Source: Candidatus Saccharimonadota bacterium (GTDB taxonomy: Bacteria; Patescibacteriota; Saccharimonadia; Saccharimonadales; Saccharimonadaceae). From it: a stretch of DNA of 32,000 nt. The position numbers and the translations under genes are program-made. Below, in pieces: positions 25,196-32,000 of this stretch. The stretch spans positions 150,001 through 182,000 of the forward strand of contig JBDSDX010000001.1 of assembly GCA_039920285.1 (NCBI GenBank), given 5' to 3'. How positions within the stretch are numbered: the first letter of the stretch is position 1; each line of letters begins with the position of its first letter. A model generated the notes under the pieces. It was not told the origin of the DNA. It saw only the letters and a list, made by a program, of their open reading frames with translations, and made no database searches.

Positions 25196-26548
25196 TTACG
25201 ATTCGATAAGATTAGTCACTGAACTGACTAATGTATTGAGCGTATCTTGATCTTTTGCCTCAGCGTTTAATCGGATGACTGGCTCGGTGTTACTGGCGCG
25301 AACATTAAACCAACTGCCGTTTTCAAATTCGACGGTCAATCCATCAAGCTCATCTTGCTTTCCATCGCTAAACGTCTCTTTTAATTTTGCGAGGACTGCC
25401 TGTGTGTCTGGGACGACAAAGTTTGTTTCATCAATAATTGGATAGCGAGTGTAGAGTTCTCGGAGCTCAGAAAGTTTCTTCCCAGTGAGGCCAGCGGCAT
25501 AAAGTCCGATGACGGCCGCAATGATTCCAGAGTCGGCGTAGTAGTTGTCGCGGAAGTAGAAGTGTCCCGAAACCTCACCACCGAATGGTGCATTTGTTTC
25601 ACGCATGATTTGTTTGATGAATGAGTGGCCGACGCGTGTACGAATCGCTTCGCCACCATGCTCTGTAATGACTTCGGGTACTGTGTGACTTGAGCGCAGG
25701 TCATAGAGAATCTTTGATCCTGGGTGAAGTGTAAGGAAGTAATCACCGAGCAGTGCGTTCATGATATTGCCCGTCAGGACGACACCAGTTTCATCAACAA
25801 GAAAGGCACGGTCACCGTCACCGTCGAACGCGATACCGCCCGCAAGGTTCTTTTCCTTGATGAGTGCGATAAGGTCGGCGAGTGTTTCAAACTTGAGTGG
25901 ATTTGCTTCGTGATTTGGGAAGGTGCCATCAAGTTCAAAGTAGAGTTCTTCAACATCCCACGGTACGTATGGTTCGAGTTCAGGGAATATCTTTCCAGCC
26001 ATTCCGTTTCCAGCGTCAACAGCAATGTGGAGGGGAGCTAATTTAGTAGCATCAATAAATGAAAGCACGTGTTCAATCCAGGCTTCAGAAACATCTTTCG
26101 TTTCAACTATTCCTTTTGTTTCTGCTGCAGAAAAATCGTTAGCGATTGCCAGGTCACGAACATCGAAGAGTCCAGATTCTTGACCGACAGGTTTTGCATC
26201 TTCACGACAAAACTTGATGCCGTTGTATTCACCAGGGTTATGACTTGCGGTAATCATGACACCACCGGCGAGCTTTAAGCTACCGGTTGCGAAGTAGATC
26301 ATATCACTCGTTACTTGGTCGATGTCGATAACATTGCGGCCTTGCTCGGTGAGACCAGCAATCAATGCATCAGCGAGTTCGGCAGAATCGGGACGCATGT
26401 CACGACCAACTACAACAGCACCATCTTCAGGCAACCATTGGGCAAAAGCTTGGCCGATAGTTTTTACTGATTCAACAGTCAGTTCTGTGCTGACTTTGCC
26501 GCGGACGTCATATGCTTTAAAAATGTTCTGTAGGTTTTCTGTATTCAT
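25196..26548 (-). CDS. Phosphomannomutase/phosphoglucomutase (alpha-D-phosphohexomutase family)
   Basis: 450 aa. Active-site loop GVMITASHNPGEYNGIK, metal loop FDGDGDR, and GEVSGH sugar-binding loop. A strong SD (AGGAGGA) lies 5 nt upstream of the ATG. Confidence 0.9.
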   Translation of the reverse strand: MNTENLQNIFKAYDVRGKVSTELTVESVKTIGQAFAQWLPEDGAVVVGRDMRPDSAELADALIAGLTEQGRNVIDIDQVTSDMIYFATGSLKLAGGVMITASHNPGEYNGIKFCREDAKPVGQESGLFDVRDLAIANDFSAAETKGIVETKDVSEAWIEHVLSFIDATKLAPLHIAVDAGNGMAGKIFPELEPYVPWDVEELYFELDGTFPNHEANPLKFETLADLIALIKEKNLAGGIAFDGDGDRAFLVDETGVVLTGNIMNALLGDYFLTLHPGSKILYDLRSSHTVPEVITEHGGEAIRTRVGHSFIKQIMRETNAPFGGEVSGHFYFRDNYYADSGIIAAVIGLYAAGLTGKKLSELRELYTRYPIIDETNFVVPDTQAVLAKLKETFSDGKQDELDGLTVEFENGSWFNVRASNTEPVIRLNAEAKDQDTLNTLVSSVTNLIES

Positions 26549-26565
26549 GAGGTCCTCCTAATCAA

Positions 26566-27693
26566 TTATATGTGCCGTTGCATCCGAACAGCGTCTTCAA
26601 CAATTTTCTTCATCCGTGTATCAAACAGACTTTTATCAAATCGTTTTGATTTACGGTGTAGCGTGGCAGGTAAGAACTTCATCGTACTCGCCCGTTCCAT
26701 CGCTGCCAGTAATCCATCGATAGATTGCTTCTTGAAGAGCACCCCAGTTTCGCCGTCTTGAACGATATCGAGTGCGCCACCTTTGGCGTACGCAATGACT
26801 GGTGTGCCAGCAGCAAGTGCTTCGACGGCAACAATGCCAAAGTCCTCTTCATTTGGAAATAGAACGGCTGATGATCCTTGGACGGCTTTTTCTAGGGATT
26901 TGTCACTAATGCGTCCGGGGAAGTGGATGGTTGGTCCTGCTAATTTTTTCAGTCGAGCGGTATCTGGACCACTCCCGACAATAGTCAGCTCTGCACCAAT
27001 TTTGTTACACGCTTCAATAGCGAGATCGAATCGCTTGTACGGCACGTGACGGCCCCAGGCAATGTAGCCACTGCGTGGACCAGTTGGTGGTGGGGTAAAG
27101 CGCTCAACGTCGACTGGCGGGTGCACGACGTTGCTTGAGCGGCCATAGTACTTCTTGATTCGTTCTTGTGTAATGGTGGAATTGGCAATGAGAACATCAA
27201 TGTCTTTAATTGAGGCTACATCTTTCTTCCGCATTTGCTTTACGAAGAATGGGATGACGGGTCGGATAAGTGGGGTGAGTAGGCCAAAGCGGAATTCTTT
27301 TTTAAATTCTTCGTAATGACTCCAGTAATACCGAATAGGTGTATGAATATAGGCGATATGAATTTGACCAGGACGGGTTTTGCGAACTGCCTTCGCTTCG
27401 GCGCTACTACTACTGATAATGATGTCGAACTCCGAGAGATCGAGCGTGCGAAAGGCATGGGCACGAAGGACTGGCCACAGGATGTGTTTATAGCGAAGGA
27501 ATTTTGGAAGTTTCTTTTGGAGATATGTTGTGCGAACATCAATCGAATGAAACGCAGGCAAGGCGGCTTTGTTGTAGACAGAAGTATAGATAGGAGCTTT
27601 TGGGAAAAGTTTGTGTAGTTCTAGGACAACCGGTTCAGCACCACCCATATTGGTGAGCCAGTCGTGAACGATGGCGATTTTTGGTGCTGGCAC
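26566..27693 (-). CDS. GT4-family (GT-B) glycosyltransferase
   Basis: 375 aa with a GTG start overlapping the upstream stop (TAGTG). KIAIVHDWLTNMGGAE N-terminus and EDFGIVAVEALAAGTPVIA (EX7E region). Confidence 0.85.
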   Translation of the reverse strand: MPAPKIAIVHDWLTNMGGAEPVVLELHKLFPKAPIYTSVYNKAALPAFHSIDVRTTYLQKKLPKFLRYKHILWPVLRAHAFRTLDLSEFDIIISSSSAEAKAVRKTRPGQIHIAYIHTPIRYYWSHYEEFKKEFRFGLLTPLIRPVIPFFVKQMRKKDVASIKDIDVLIANSTITQERIKKYYGRSSNVVHPPVDVERFTPPPTGPRSGYIAWGRHVPYKRFDLAIEACNKIGAELTIVGSGPDTARLKKLAGPTIHFPGRISDKSLEKAVQGSSAVLFPNEEDFGIVAVEALAAGTPVIAYAKGGALDIVQDGETGVLFKKQSIDGLLAAMERASTMKFLPATLHRKSKRFDKSLFDTRMKKIVEDAVRMQRHI

Positions 27694-29141
27694 TATTTGG
27701 CTCCGCGACCTTTGAAGACAACGAGGACCGTCTTGAAGAGGATTTTAATATCCAACCAGAAGGTCCAGTTTTGGGCATAGAAGAGTTCAAGTTCAATACG
27801 TTCTTCGAAGTTTAGTTCACTACGGCCTGATACTTGCCATAGGCCAGTCACGCCAGATTTTACGCTATGGAGGAGTGATGCCTTGCCACGAACGAAGCGA
27901 ACTTCTTGGGGCAAGATCGGGCGAGGGCCGACAAGGCTGAGGTGGCCGATGAGGACGTTGAAGACTTGGGGTAATTCGTCGATTGATGTTTTACGGAGGA
28001 ATCGTCCGAAAGCATTCACGCGCGGATCATTTTCAACTTTTTGATTTTTTTCATATTCCTTTGCGAGGTCTTCACGGCCCATCGCGCGGAACTCAGCAGC
28101 GTCATCAACGTTACGAGAGTCGAAGCCTTTCAGGTGAGTCATTGAACGGAATTTCAGCAGTCCCACCGGAAGTGAGAAACGAGACAAGCGATCATTCACG
28201 TAGAATATCGTGCCTGGGTTTAAGAGCTTTTGTAAGACCATAATCACGATGAAAAGAGGCAAGAGAATGATTGAGAAAATGAGTGCAACGATGAAGTCAA
28301 AGATTCGTTTCAAGATGGCACCCCAGCCAACGAGCGGCGTTTGGTAGACGGTAATCATCGGATAGCCGAGGAAGACATCGACGGTATTTTTGCCTGAATA
28401 GAACTCGGCTTCACCAGGAATAAAGCTGTAGTCGATATGATGTGATTGGGCAGCACTCAAAACTTTTTGATTACGTTCAGAATTTTCATAGAGGTCTGTT
28501 TGGATGATACCGGTGATTTCGTTTAGCTCGATGTCCTTGAGAGCGGCTTCAACCATTGAATAGTGATGTGCGCTAAATTCTTCGGGCAATATCTTTTTTG
28601 GTCCTGCAATCGCAACGATATCATACCCAGTACTACTGGTATCGGCAATATTGCGAGCGATATCACGTGTGGCACTTGATGAGCCGATGAGTAACACTCG
28701 TTTGATGCCGCGCCCGTAACGATAACGGTAGGTGCGAATAGCTCGTAGGATTTCACGTTCGATGACAATTAAGATGAATGAACCAGCCAGTGCGTAGGCA
28801 GCGACGAGCCTGGCAGGGAAGATGGTTTTGTCGCTAACGTATTGCCAACCGATAACGAGGAGAATGCCAAGAAATGAACCAATAGCGATCTTTGCCCATT
28901 CAACGAGGCGACGATTGTAGGTGTCGGGACGGTATAGGCCGACAATTGCGAAGATTAAAATCCAAAAAGGAACAATAAGTAAAAACACGAGGAGGTAATC
29001 GTAGGCATAGATATTTTGTAAGAGTGGACGGGGGTCGTATTGGACACGGGCGACGTAGGCGAGAACGAATGTCGCAATCAGAACCAATGCGTCAATCAGG
29101 ATGAGGACTAAGCTATAGAGCTTGCTGTTTCGGTGTTGCAT
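27693..29141 (-). CDS. Polyprenyl-phosphate sugar-1-phosphate transferase (WbaP/WcaJ-type initiating phosphoglycosyltransferase)
   Basis: 482 aa. N-terminal TM bundle, a central Rossmann-like region, and a C-terminal bacterial sugar-transferase domain (LVGPRPILPQEV...KSGVTGLWQVSGRSELNFEERIELELFYAQNWTFWLDIKILFKTV). Confidence 0.9.
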   Translation of the reverse strand: MQHRNSKLYSLVLILIDALVLIATFVLAYVARVQYDPRPLLQNIYAYDYLLVFLLIVPFWILIFAIVGLYRPDTYNRRLVEWAKIAIGSFLGILLVIGWQYVSDKTIFPARLVAAYALAGSFILIVIEREILRAIRTYRYRYGRGIKRVLLIGSSSATRDIARNIADTSSTGYDIVAIAGPKKILPEEFSAHHYSMVEAALKDIELNEITGIIQTDLYENSERNQKVLSAAQSHHIDYSFIPGEAEFYSGKNTVDVFLGYPMITVYQTPLVGWGAILKRIFDFIVALIFSIILLPLFIVIMVLQKLLNPGTIFYVNDRLSRFSLPVGLLKFRSMTHLKGFDSRNVDDAAEFRAMGREDLAKEYEKNQKVENDPRVNAFGRFLRKTSIDELPQVFNVLIGHLSLVGPRPILPQEVRFVRGKASLLHSVKSGVTGLWQVSGRSELNFEERIELELFYAQNWTFWLDIKILFKTVLVVFKGRGAK

Positions 29142-29147
29142 AAGTGG

Positions 29148-29160
29148 TGCTATTATAGCA
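29148..29160. promoter_or_regulatory. 13-nt palindrome TGCTAT-T-ATAGCA containing overlapping divergent extended -10 boxes
   Basis: The plus strand reads TGCTATTAT, with AAGAGG 5 nt before ATG 29188. The minus strand reads TGCTATAAT, 10 nt before ATG 29141. Confidence 0.5.
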
Positions 29161-29187
29161 CTCTTTGCGGTACACTAAGAGGTACCA

Positions 29188-30519
29188 ATGGCTACAAAGA
29201 TACAAAAACTGGGGGTTTTGGACAAGGTCTTTGTCGGTATCCTTTTGGCCGTCTTCGGCGGAATTGTCTTACATGCGCCACTGAGTGTTGGATTTTCAAC
29301 CTTATTTCCGAGTGCTGAAGTGCTTATTAAGTCGTGGAAAGAGATATTGCTGATCATTGCGGCGATTATTGCAGTAGTGATACTGACGCAGAAGAAACGA
29401 TGGAGTCTTATTAAGAGTCCTGTGGTTGTGTTGATTGCGATCTATGCGTTGTTGCACATTCTGCTGATTCCTGTATTTGCGGTTACATCTGATGTCGTAC
29501 TGGCTGGCCTCGCCATCGACCTACGGTATCTCTTATTCTTCGTCTTGGTGTACATTGCTATTAGTATGTATCCGCAGCTGCGACGTGTCTTCGTCGGGAC
29601 GTTCTTGGCCGGAGCGTTGGTGGTTGTCACGTTTGCGATACTTCAAGTCACTGTCTTGCCGCATGACGTATTGAAATACATTGGGTATGGCCATGGGACA
29701 ATTGCACCGTACCTCACCGTTGATGAGAATCCAGAATTCATTCGTATTAGTAGTACCCTGCGTGGTCCGAATCCGCTCGGTGCCTATGCATTGATTGTGT
29801 TAAGTTTGCTGCTCGCCTTTGGACTACGCGGTCATCACCGTCAATTCAAACGACCAATGTTTATTGTTGGACTCTTGGGAATTGGTGGAGTGGTGGCACT
29901 GTGGGCAAGCTACTCACGAAGCGCAGTCGTCGCGACCATTATCGCAATCGTATTACTCCTCTTTATAACGGCTGGTCGCCGTATATCGAAGTGGGCTTGG
30001 ATTAGTATGGTGATCGCCGTGCTCGCGATTGGCGGTACGATCATTGCCTCTCGAAACACTTATTTCGTCTCAAATGTGTTGCTCCATGAAAATGCGACAA
30101 CTGGTGCAGCGATTAATTCGAATGAAGGTCACGTCAACTCTTTGTCTGATGGGTTGGATCGTATGGTCCACCAACCGCTGGGCGGGGGAATTGGCAGCAC
30201 GGGATCGGCGTCGTTATTTGGAAATCAGCCATTGATAATTGAAAACCAGTATCTTTTTATTGCTCATGAAGCTGGCTGGGTTGGGTTAGTGCTCTTCCTT
30301 GTCATCACCTGGAAGATTATGAGAATACTGTGGGTGCGACGAGCAGATTGGCTCGCCCTAGGGGTATTTGCTAGTGGTGTCGGACTATTGATTATTGGAT
30401 TACTCTTACCTGTTTTGGCTGATGATACAGTGTCATTAATATGGTGGGGATTAGCAGCAATAGTGATTGGAGGAGTCAATGAGCGAACGATCAACAAAAC
30501 GACAAAAAGAACTGCTTGA
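29188..30519 (+). CDS. O-antigen ligase / Wzy_C-family polytopic membrane protein
   Basis: 443 aa with about 11-12 TM segments. SYSRSAVVATIIAIVLL motif and a periplasmic loop followed by ENQYLFIAHEAGWVGLVLFL, typical of the WaaL/O-antigen polymerase family. Confidence 0.75.
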   Translation: MATKIQKLGVLDKVFVGILLAVFGGIVLHAPLSVGFSTLFPSAEVLIKSWKEILLIIAAIIAVVILTQKKRWSLIKSPVVVLIAIYALLHILLIPVFAVTSDVVLAGLAIDLRYLLFFVLVYIAISMYPQLRRVFVGTFLAGALVVVTFAILQVTVLPHDVLKYIGYGHGTIAPYLTVDENPEFIRISSTLRGPNPLGAYALIVLSLLLAFGLRGHHRQFKRPMFIVGLLGIGGVVALWASYSRSAVVATIIAIVLLLFITAGRRISKWAWISMVIAVLAIGGTIIASRNTYFVSNVLLHENATTGAAINSNEGHVNSLSDGLDRMVHQPLGGGIGSTGSASLFGNQPLIIENQYLFIAHEAGWVGLVLFLVITWKIMRILWVRRADWLALGVFASGVGLLIIGLLLPVLADDTVSLIWWGLAAIVIGGVNERTINKTTKRTA

Positions 30520-30907
30520 TTTCGTTGATGCATTTATTCAGCAGTATGGCTACGGTCCTAGCTACCGAGAAATTATGAATGCGCTGAATTATAAGTCAGT
30601 TTCGACGGTCGCTATTCATATTGATAACCTCATCACTAAAGGATACTTACGAAAACGAGATAATTCAGCTCGTTCACTCGGAGTGGTCACTACGCAGTTT
30701 ACTGGTGGTGATGCGAAGTCGAAAGGTCCAACTGCCTCGCAAGAGAAATGGTTGGTGAGTGCAATTAACGAACGTTTTGATCGGTATGCCAGCACCCCAA
30801 ACCAGATGACACTCGATGAGCTGTACGTCCTTATTGGGACGCTAAAAATTCTTGGACTCGACGATGCGCATGAGTCAACCAAAGCACGTCTCGGCAAACT
30901 TCGATAA
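30479..30907 (+). CDS. LexA N-terminal (winged-helix) DNA-binding domain protein lacking the S24 peptidase domain
   Basis: ATG 30479 is preceded by GGAGGAG. MSERSTKRQKELLDFVDAFIQQYGYGPSYREIMNALNYKSVSTVAIHIDNLITKGYLRKRDNSARSL aligns with the LexA DNA-binding domain. The remaining approx. 70 aa is helical with no Ser/Lys peptidase motifs. The 5' end overlaps the ligase-like gene by 41 nt. Confidence 0.7.
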   Translation: MSERSTKRQKELLDFVDAFIQQYGYGPSYREIMNALNYKSVSTVAIHIDNLITKGYLRKRDNSARSLGVVTTQFTGGDAKSKGPTASQEKWLVSAINERFDRYASTPNQMTLDELYVLIGTLKILGLDDAHESTKARLGKLR

Positions 30908-30937
30908 GAGTGTTGATAATATAACATCAATCCGTCC

Positions 30938-30966
30938 TTGAAGCATAAGGATAATACCTCTATACT
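30938..30966 (+). promoter_or_regulatory. Sigma70-type promoter: TTGAAG - 17 nt - TATACT
   Basis: -35 at 30938-30943 and -10 at 30961-30966, 32 nt upstream of ATG 30999. Confidence 0.5.
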
Positions 30967-30998
30967 AAAGAAAAGTTCACTAAAAAATAAACACAACT

Positions 30999-31286
30999 AT
31001 GCAAGACGTCATCCCATATCACCAGCTTCATCGCCGCGGTAAACCCGCCGACCGTTTGCATATTCGTCCTCTGGGAAAGGTTGTGTATACAGAGAAAATT
31101 ATCGTCACACCCACCCAGATTATTGAGGTTGATACTATTACTTTCGAACCCACACCGATGGTTCGACCGATTGAATCATTAACCCCTGATGAAAAAGTTC
31201 TTGTTTTAGAACGCGCCCTCAATCGTGCACGTAATGAGGCAAGACTCGAACGTCGCCGTAGCCAAAAATGGCGCATCTTCGCCTAA
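30999..31286 (+). CDS. Hypothetical 95-aa protein with a basic C-terminus; no recognisable family
   Basis: The ORF has its own promoter. The opposite-strand ORF (31028-31276) is R/S-rich and looks like a shadow. No SD is visible. Confidence 0.45.
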   Translation: MQDVIPYHQLHRRGKPADRLHIRPLGKVVYTEKIIVTPTQIIEVDTITFEPTPMVRPIESLTPDEKVLVLERALNRARNEARLERRRSQKWRIFA

Positions 31287-31303
31287 TTTACACCTCGAGG
31301 ATG

Positions 31304-31333
31304 TTGACTATTTGACAGAGGTAAAGGTATAAT
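31304..31333 (+). promoter_or_regulatory. Strong sigma70-type promoter for tRNA-Asn: TTGACT - 18 nt - TATAAT
   Basis: -35 at 31304-31309 and -10 at 31328-31333. The tRNA 5' end lies 11 nt downstream of the -10. Confidence 0.7.
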
Positions 31334-31344
31334 ACGCTTTGTAT

Positions 31345-31419
31345 TCCGACGTAGCTCAATGGTGGAGCAAGAAGCTGTTAACTTCGAGGCTGCTGGTTCG
31401 AGTCCAGCCGTCGGAGCCA
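31345..31419 (+). tRNA. tRNA-Asn (anticodon GTT), CCA encoded
   Basis: Hand-folded cloverleaf. Acceptor TCCGACG/CGTCGGA, D arm GCTC-AATGGTG-GAGC, anticodon arm AGAAG-CTGTTAA-CTTCG (A27/G43 mismatch), variable AGGCT, T arm GCTGG-TTCGAGT-CCAGC, discriminator G, CCA. Confidence 0.9.
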
Positions 31420-32000
31420 AGTTGATTTCAACAAGTTCAAGTCAAGAGTTTGACGATTTTGTGAAGATATAGCAGAAGACCCAACAGGGGTCTTTTTGCT
31501 TTTATGATACAAAGAGTCGTTATTCTCAAGCGGTTCTAACGCAAGAAATTGACGTTCTAGTATAGAGTAATTTTCTTTGATTGGGATAAGCCAGCTTACG
31601 GGGGTGAAGGTTAATTCTTTATGCAATAAGTCGAGTTTCTGACCGAACATTGTTATCAATTCTCTTCGTTCCGATATCTGACCGCCATTGAACTTGTCTT
31701 GTGCCTTGCGAATGAAGTTGAGCAACGTGATTGTCTCTTTCGCTCCCTTACTCGGGTTAGATTTCAAACTCTCTAGTTTAGATTTACCAGATTCCAACTC
31801 CCCTAAAAGTAATGTCTTCTGTTCTAGATATTCATAGTCATCGATTAGACCCCTTGTCCGCATGCCCAATAGCTCCTTGAGCTCGCTATTGATACGCTCA
31901 AGGCTCGATGAATGAGAATCTATATCTTTACTGCTTTGAGTCGTTTCTGTCTCATCAAGCTCTTTTAATGCGTCTTCCGCCCATTCCAAGAACTTTGGAT
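31378..32000 (-). CDS. Large serine recombinase, C-terminal part; gene continues past the right edge and its 3' end overlaps the tRNA-Asn 3' half
   Basis: The frame is open to base 32000. A coiled-coil segment (ELKELLGMRTRGLIDDYEYLEQKTLLLGELESGKSKLESL) is followed by AQDKFNGGQISERRELITMFGQKLDLLHKELTFTPVSWL. This is the pattern I associate with the C-terminal region of Recombinase-domain serine integrases. The first in-frame stop is at 31378, inside the tRNA. Confidence 0.65.
   Translation of the reverse strand, partial: PKFLEWAEDALKELDETETTQSSKDIDSHSSSLERINSELKELLGMRTRGLIDDYEYLEQKTLLLGELESGKSKLESLKSNPSKGAKETITLLNFIRKAQDKFNGGQISERRELITMFGQKLDLLHKELTFTPVSWLIPIKENYSILERQFLALEPLENNDSLYHKSKKTPVGSSAISSQNRQTLDLNLLKSTWLRRLDSNQQPRS
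31474..31503 (+). terminator. Rho-independent terminator downstream of tRNA-Asn
   Basis: Stem AGAAGACCC/GGGTCTTTT (9 bp including one G-U), loop AACAG, followed by TGCTTTT. Confidence 0.55.

Noticed and set aside
30913-30930. TTGAT-N8-ATCAA inverted repeat as a rho-independent terminator of the LexA-like gene
   Set aside because: The arms are only 5 bp, AT-rich and lack a following T-tract. It is retained only as a speculative operator within the LexA-like finding.
31028-31276. 82-aa minus-strand ORF opposite the 95-aa orphan
   Set aside because: It has Arg/Ser-rich antisense-type composition and no promoter or SD. The plus-strand ORF has a plausible promoter, so the plus strand was kept, at low confidence.

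Overview
The window is almost entirely coding; by my coordinates only about 0.5 kb is intergenic. It reads as one large cell-envelope glycan biosynthesis locus from a compact, mid/low-GC bacterium. Many genes have 1-4 nt start/stop overlaps. TGA is used as a stop (ATGA couplings at 15891-15894 and 20497-20500), so this is the standard bacterial code and not a UGA-recoded lineage. The protein families look Gram-positive or CPR/Saccharibacteria-like, but I cannot confirm taxonomy from sequence alone.

Contents, left to right:
- sucC 5' part (runs off the left edge) and a GT2 glycosyltransferase.
- A Wzm/Wzt-type ABC exporter, whose ATPase carries a C-terminal glycan-binding-like extension.
- A SAM methyltransferase, a NeuD/PglD-type acetyltransferase, a DegT aminotransferase and another GT2.
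- Two giant multidomain glycosyltransferases (745 and 813 aa).
- An 808-aa secreted repeat protein with a small membrane-anchored partner.
- rmlA, a YfhO-like GT-C membrane protein and an acyltransferase-3.
- A complete two-subunit ATP-citrate lyase (aclB-aclA).
- An rmlC-rmlD fusion and rmlB.
- A small HIGH-motif cytidylyltransferase, a phosphohexomutase, a GT4, and a WbaP-type initiating phosphotransferase.
- An O-antigen-ligase/Wzy-like membrane protein.
- A LexA-N-terminal-domain-only protein and a 95-aa orphan.
- tRNA-Asn(GTT) with its own promoter and terminator.
- The 3' part of a large serine recombinase that reads into the tRNA 3' end and runs off the right edge.

Most noteworthy observations:
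- The ATP-citrate lyase embedded among acetyl-CoA-consuming glycan genes.
- A recurring leaderless, extended -10 promoter geometry at every operon head.
- The secreted repeat protein pair.
- The triple-module 813-aa glycosyltransferase.
- The peptidase-less LexA-like protein.
- The tRNA/recombinase junction, which probably marks a mobile-element boundary.

No CRISPR array, rRNA or obvious defence system was seen. All functional calls come from motif recognition by eye, not database searches.
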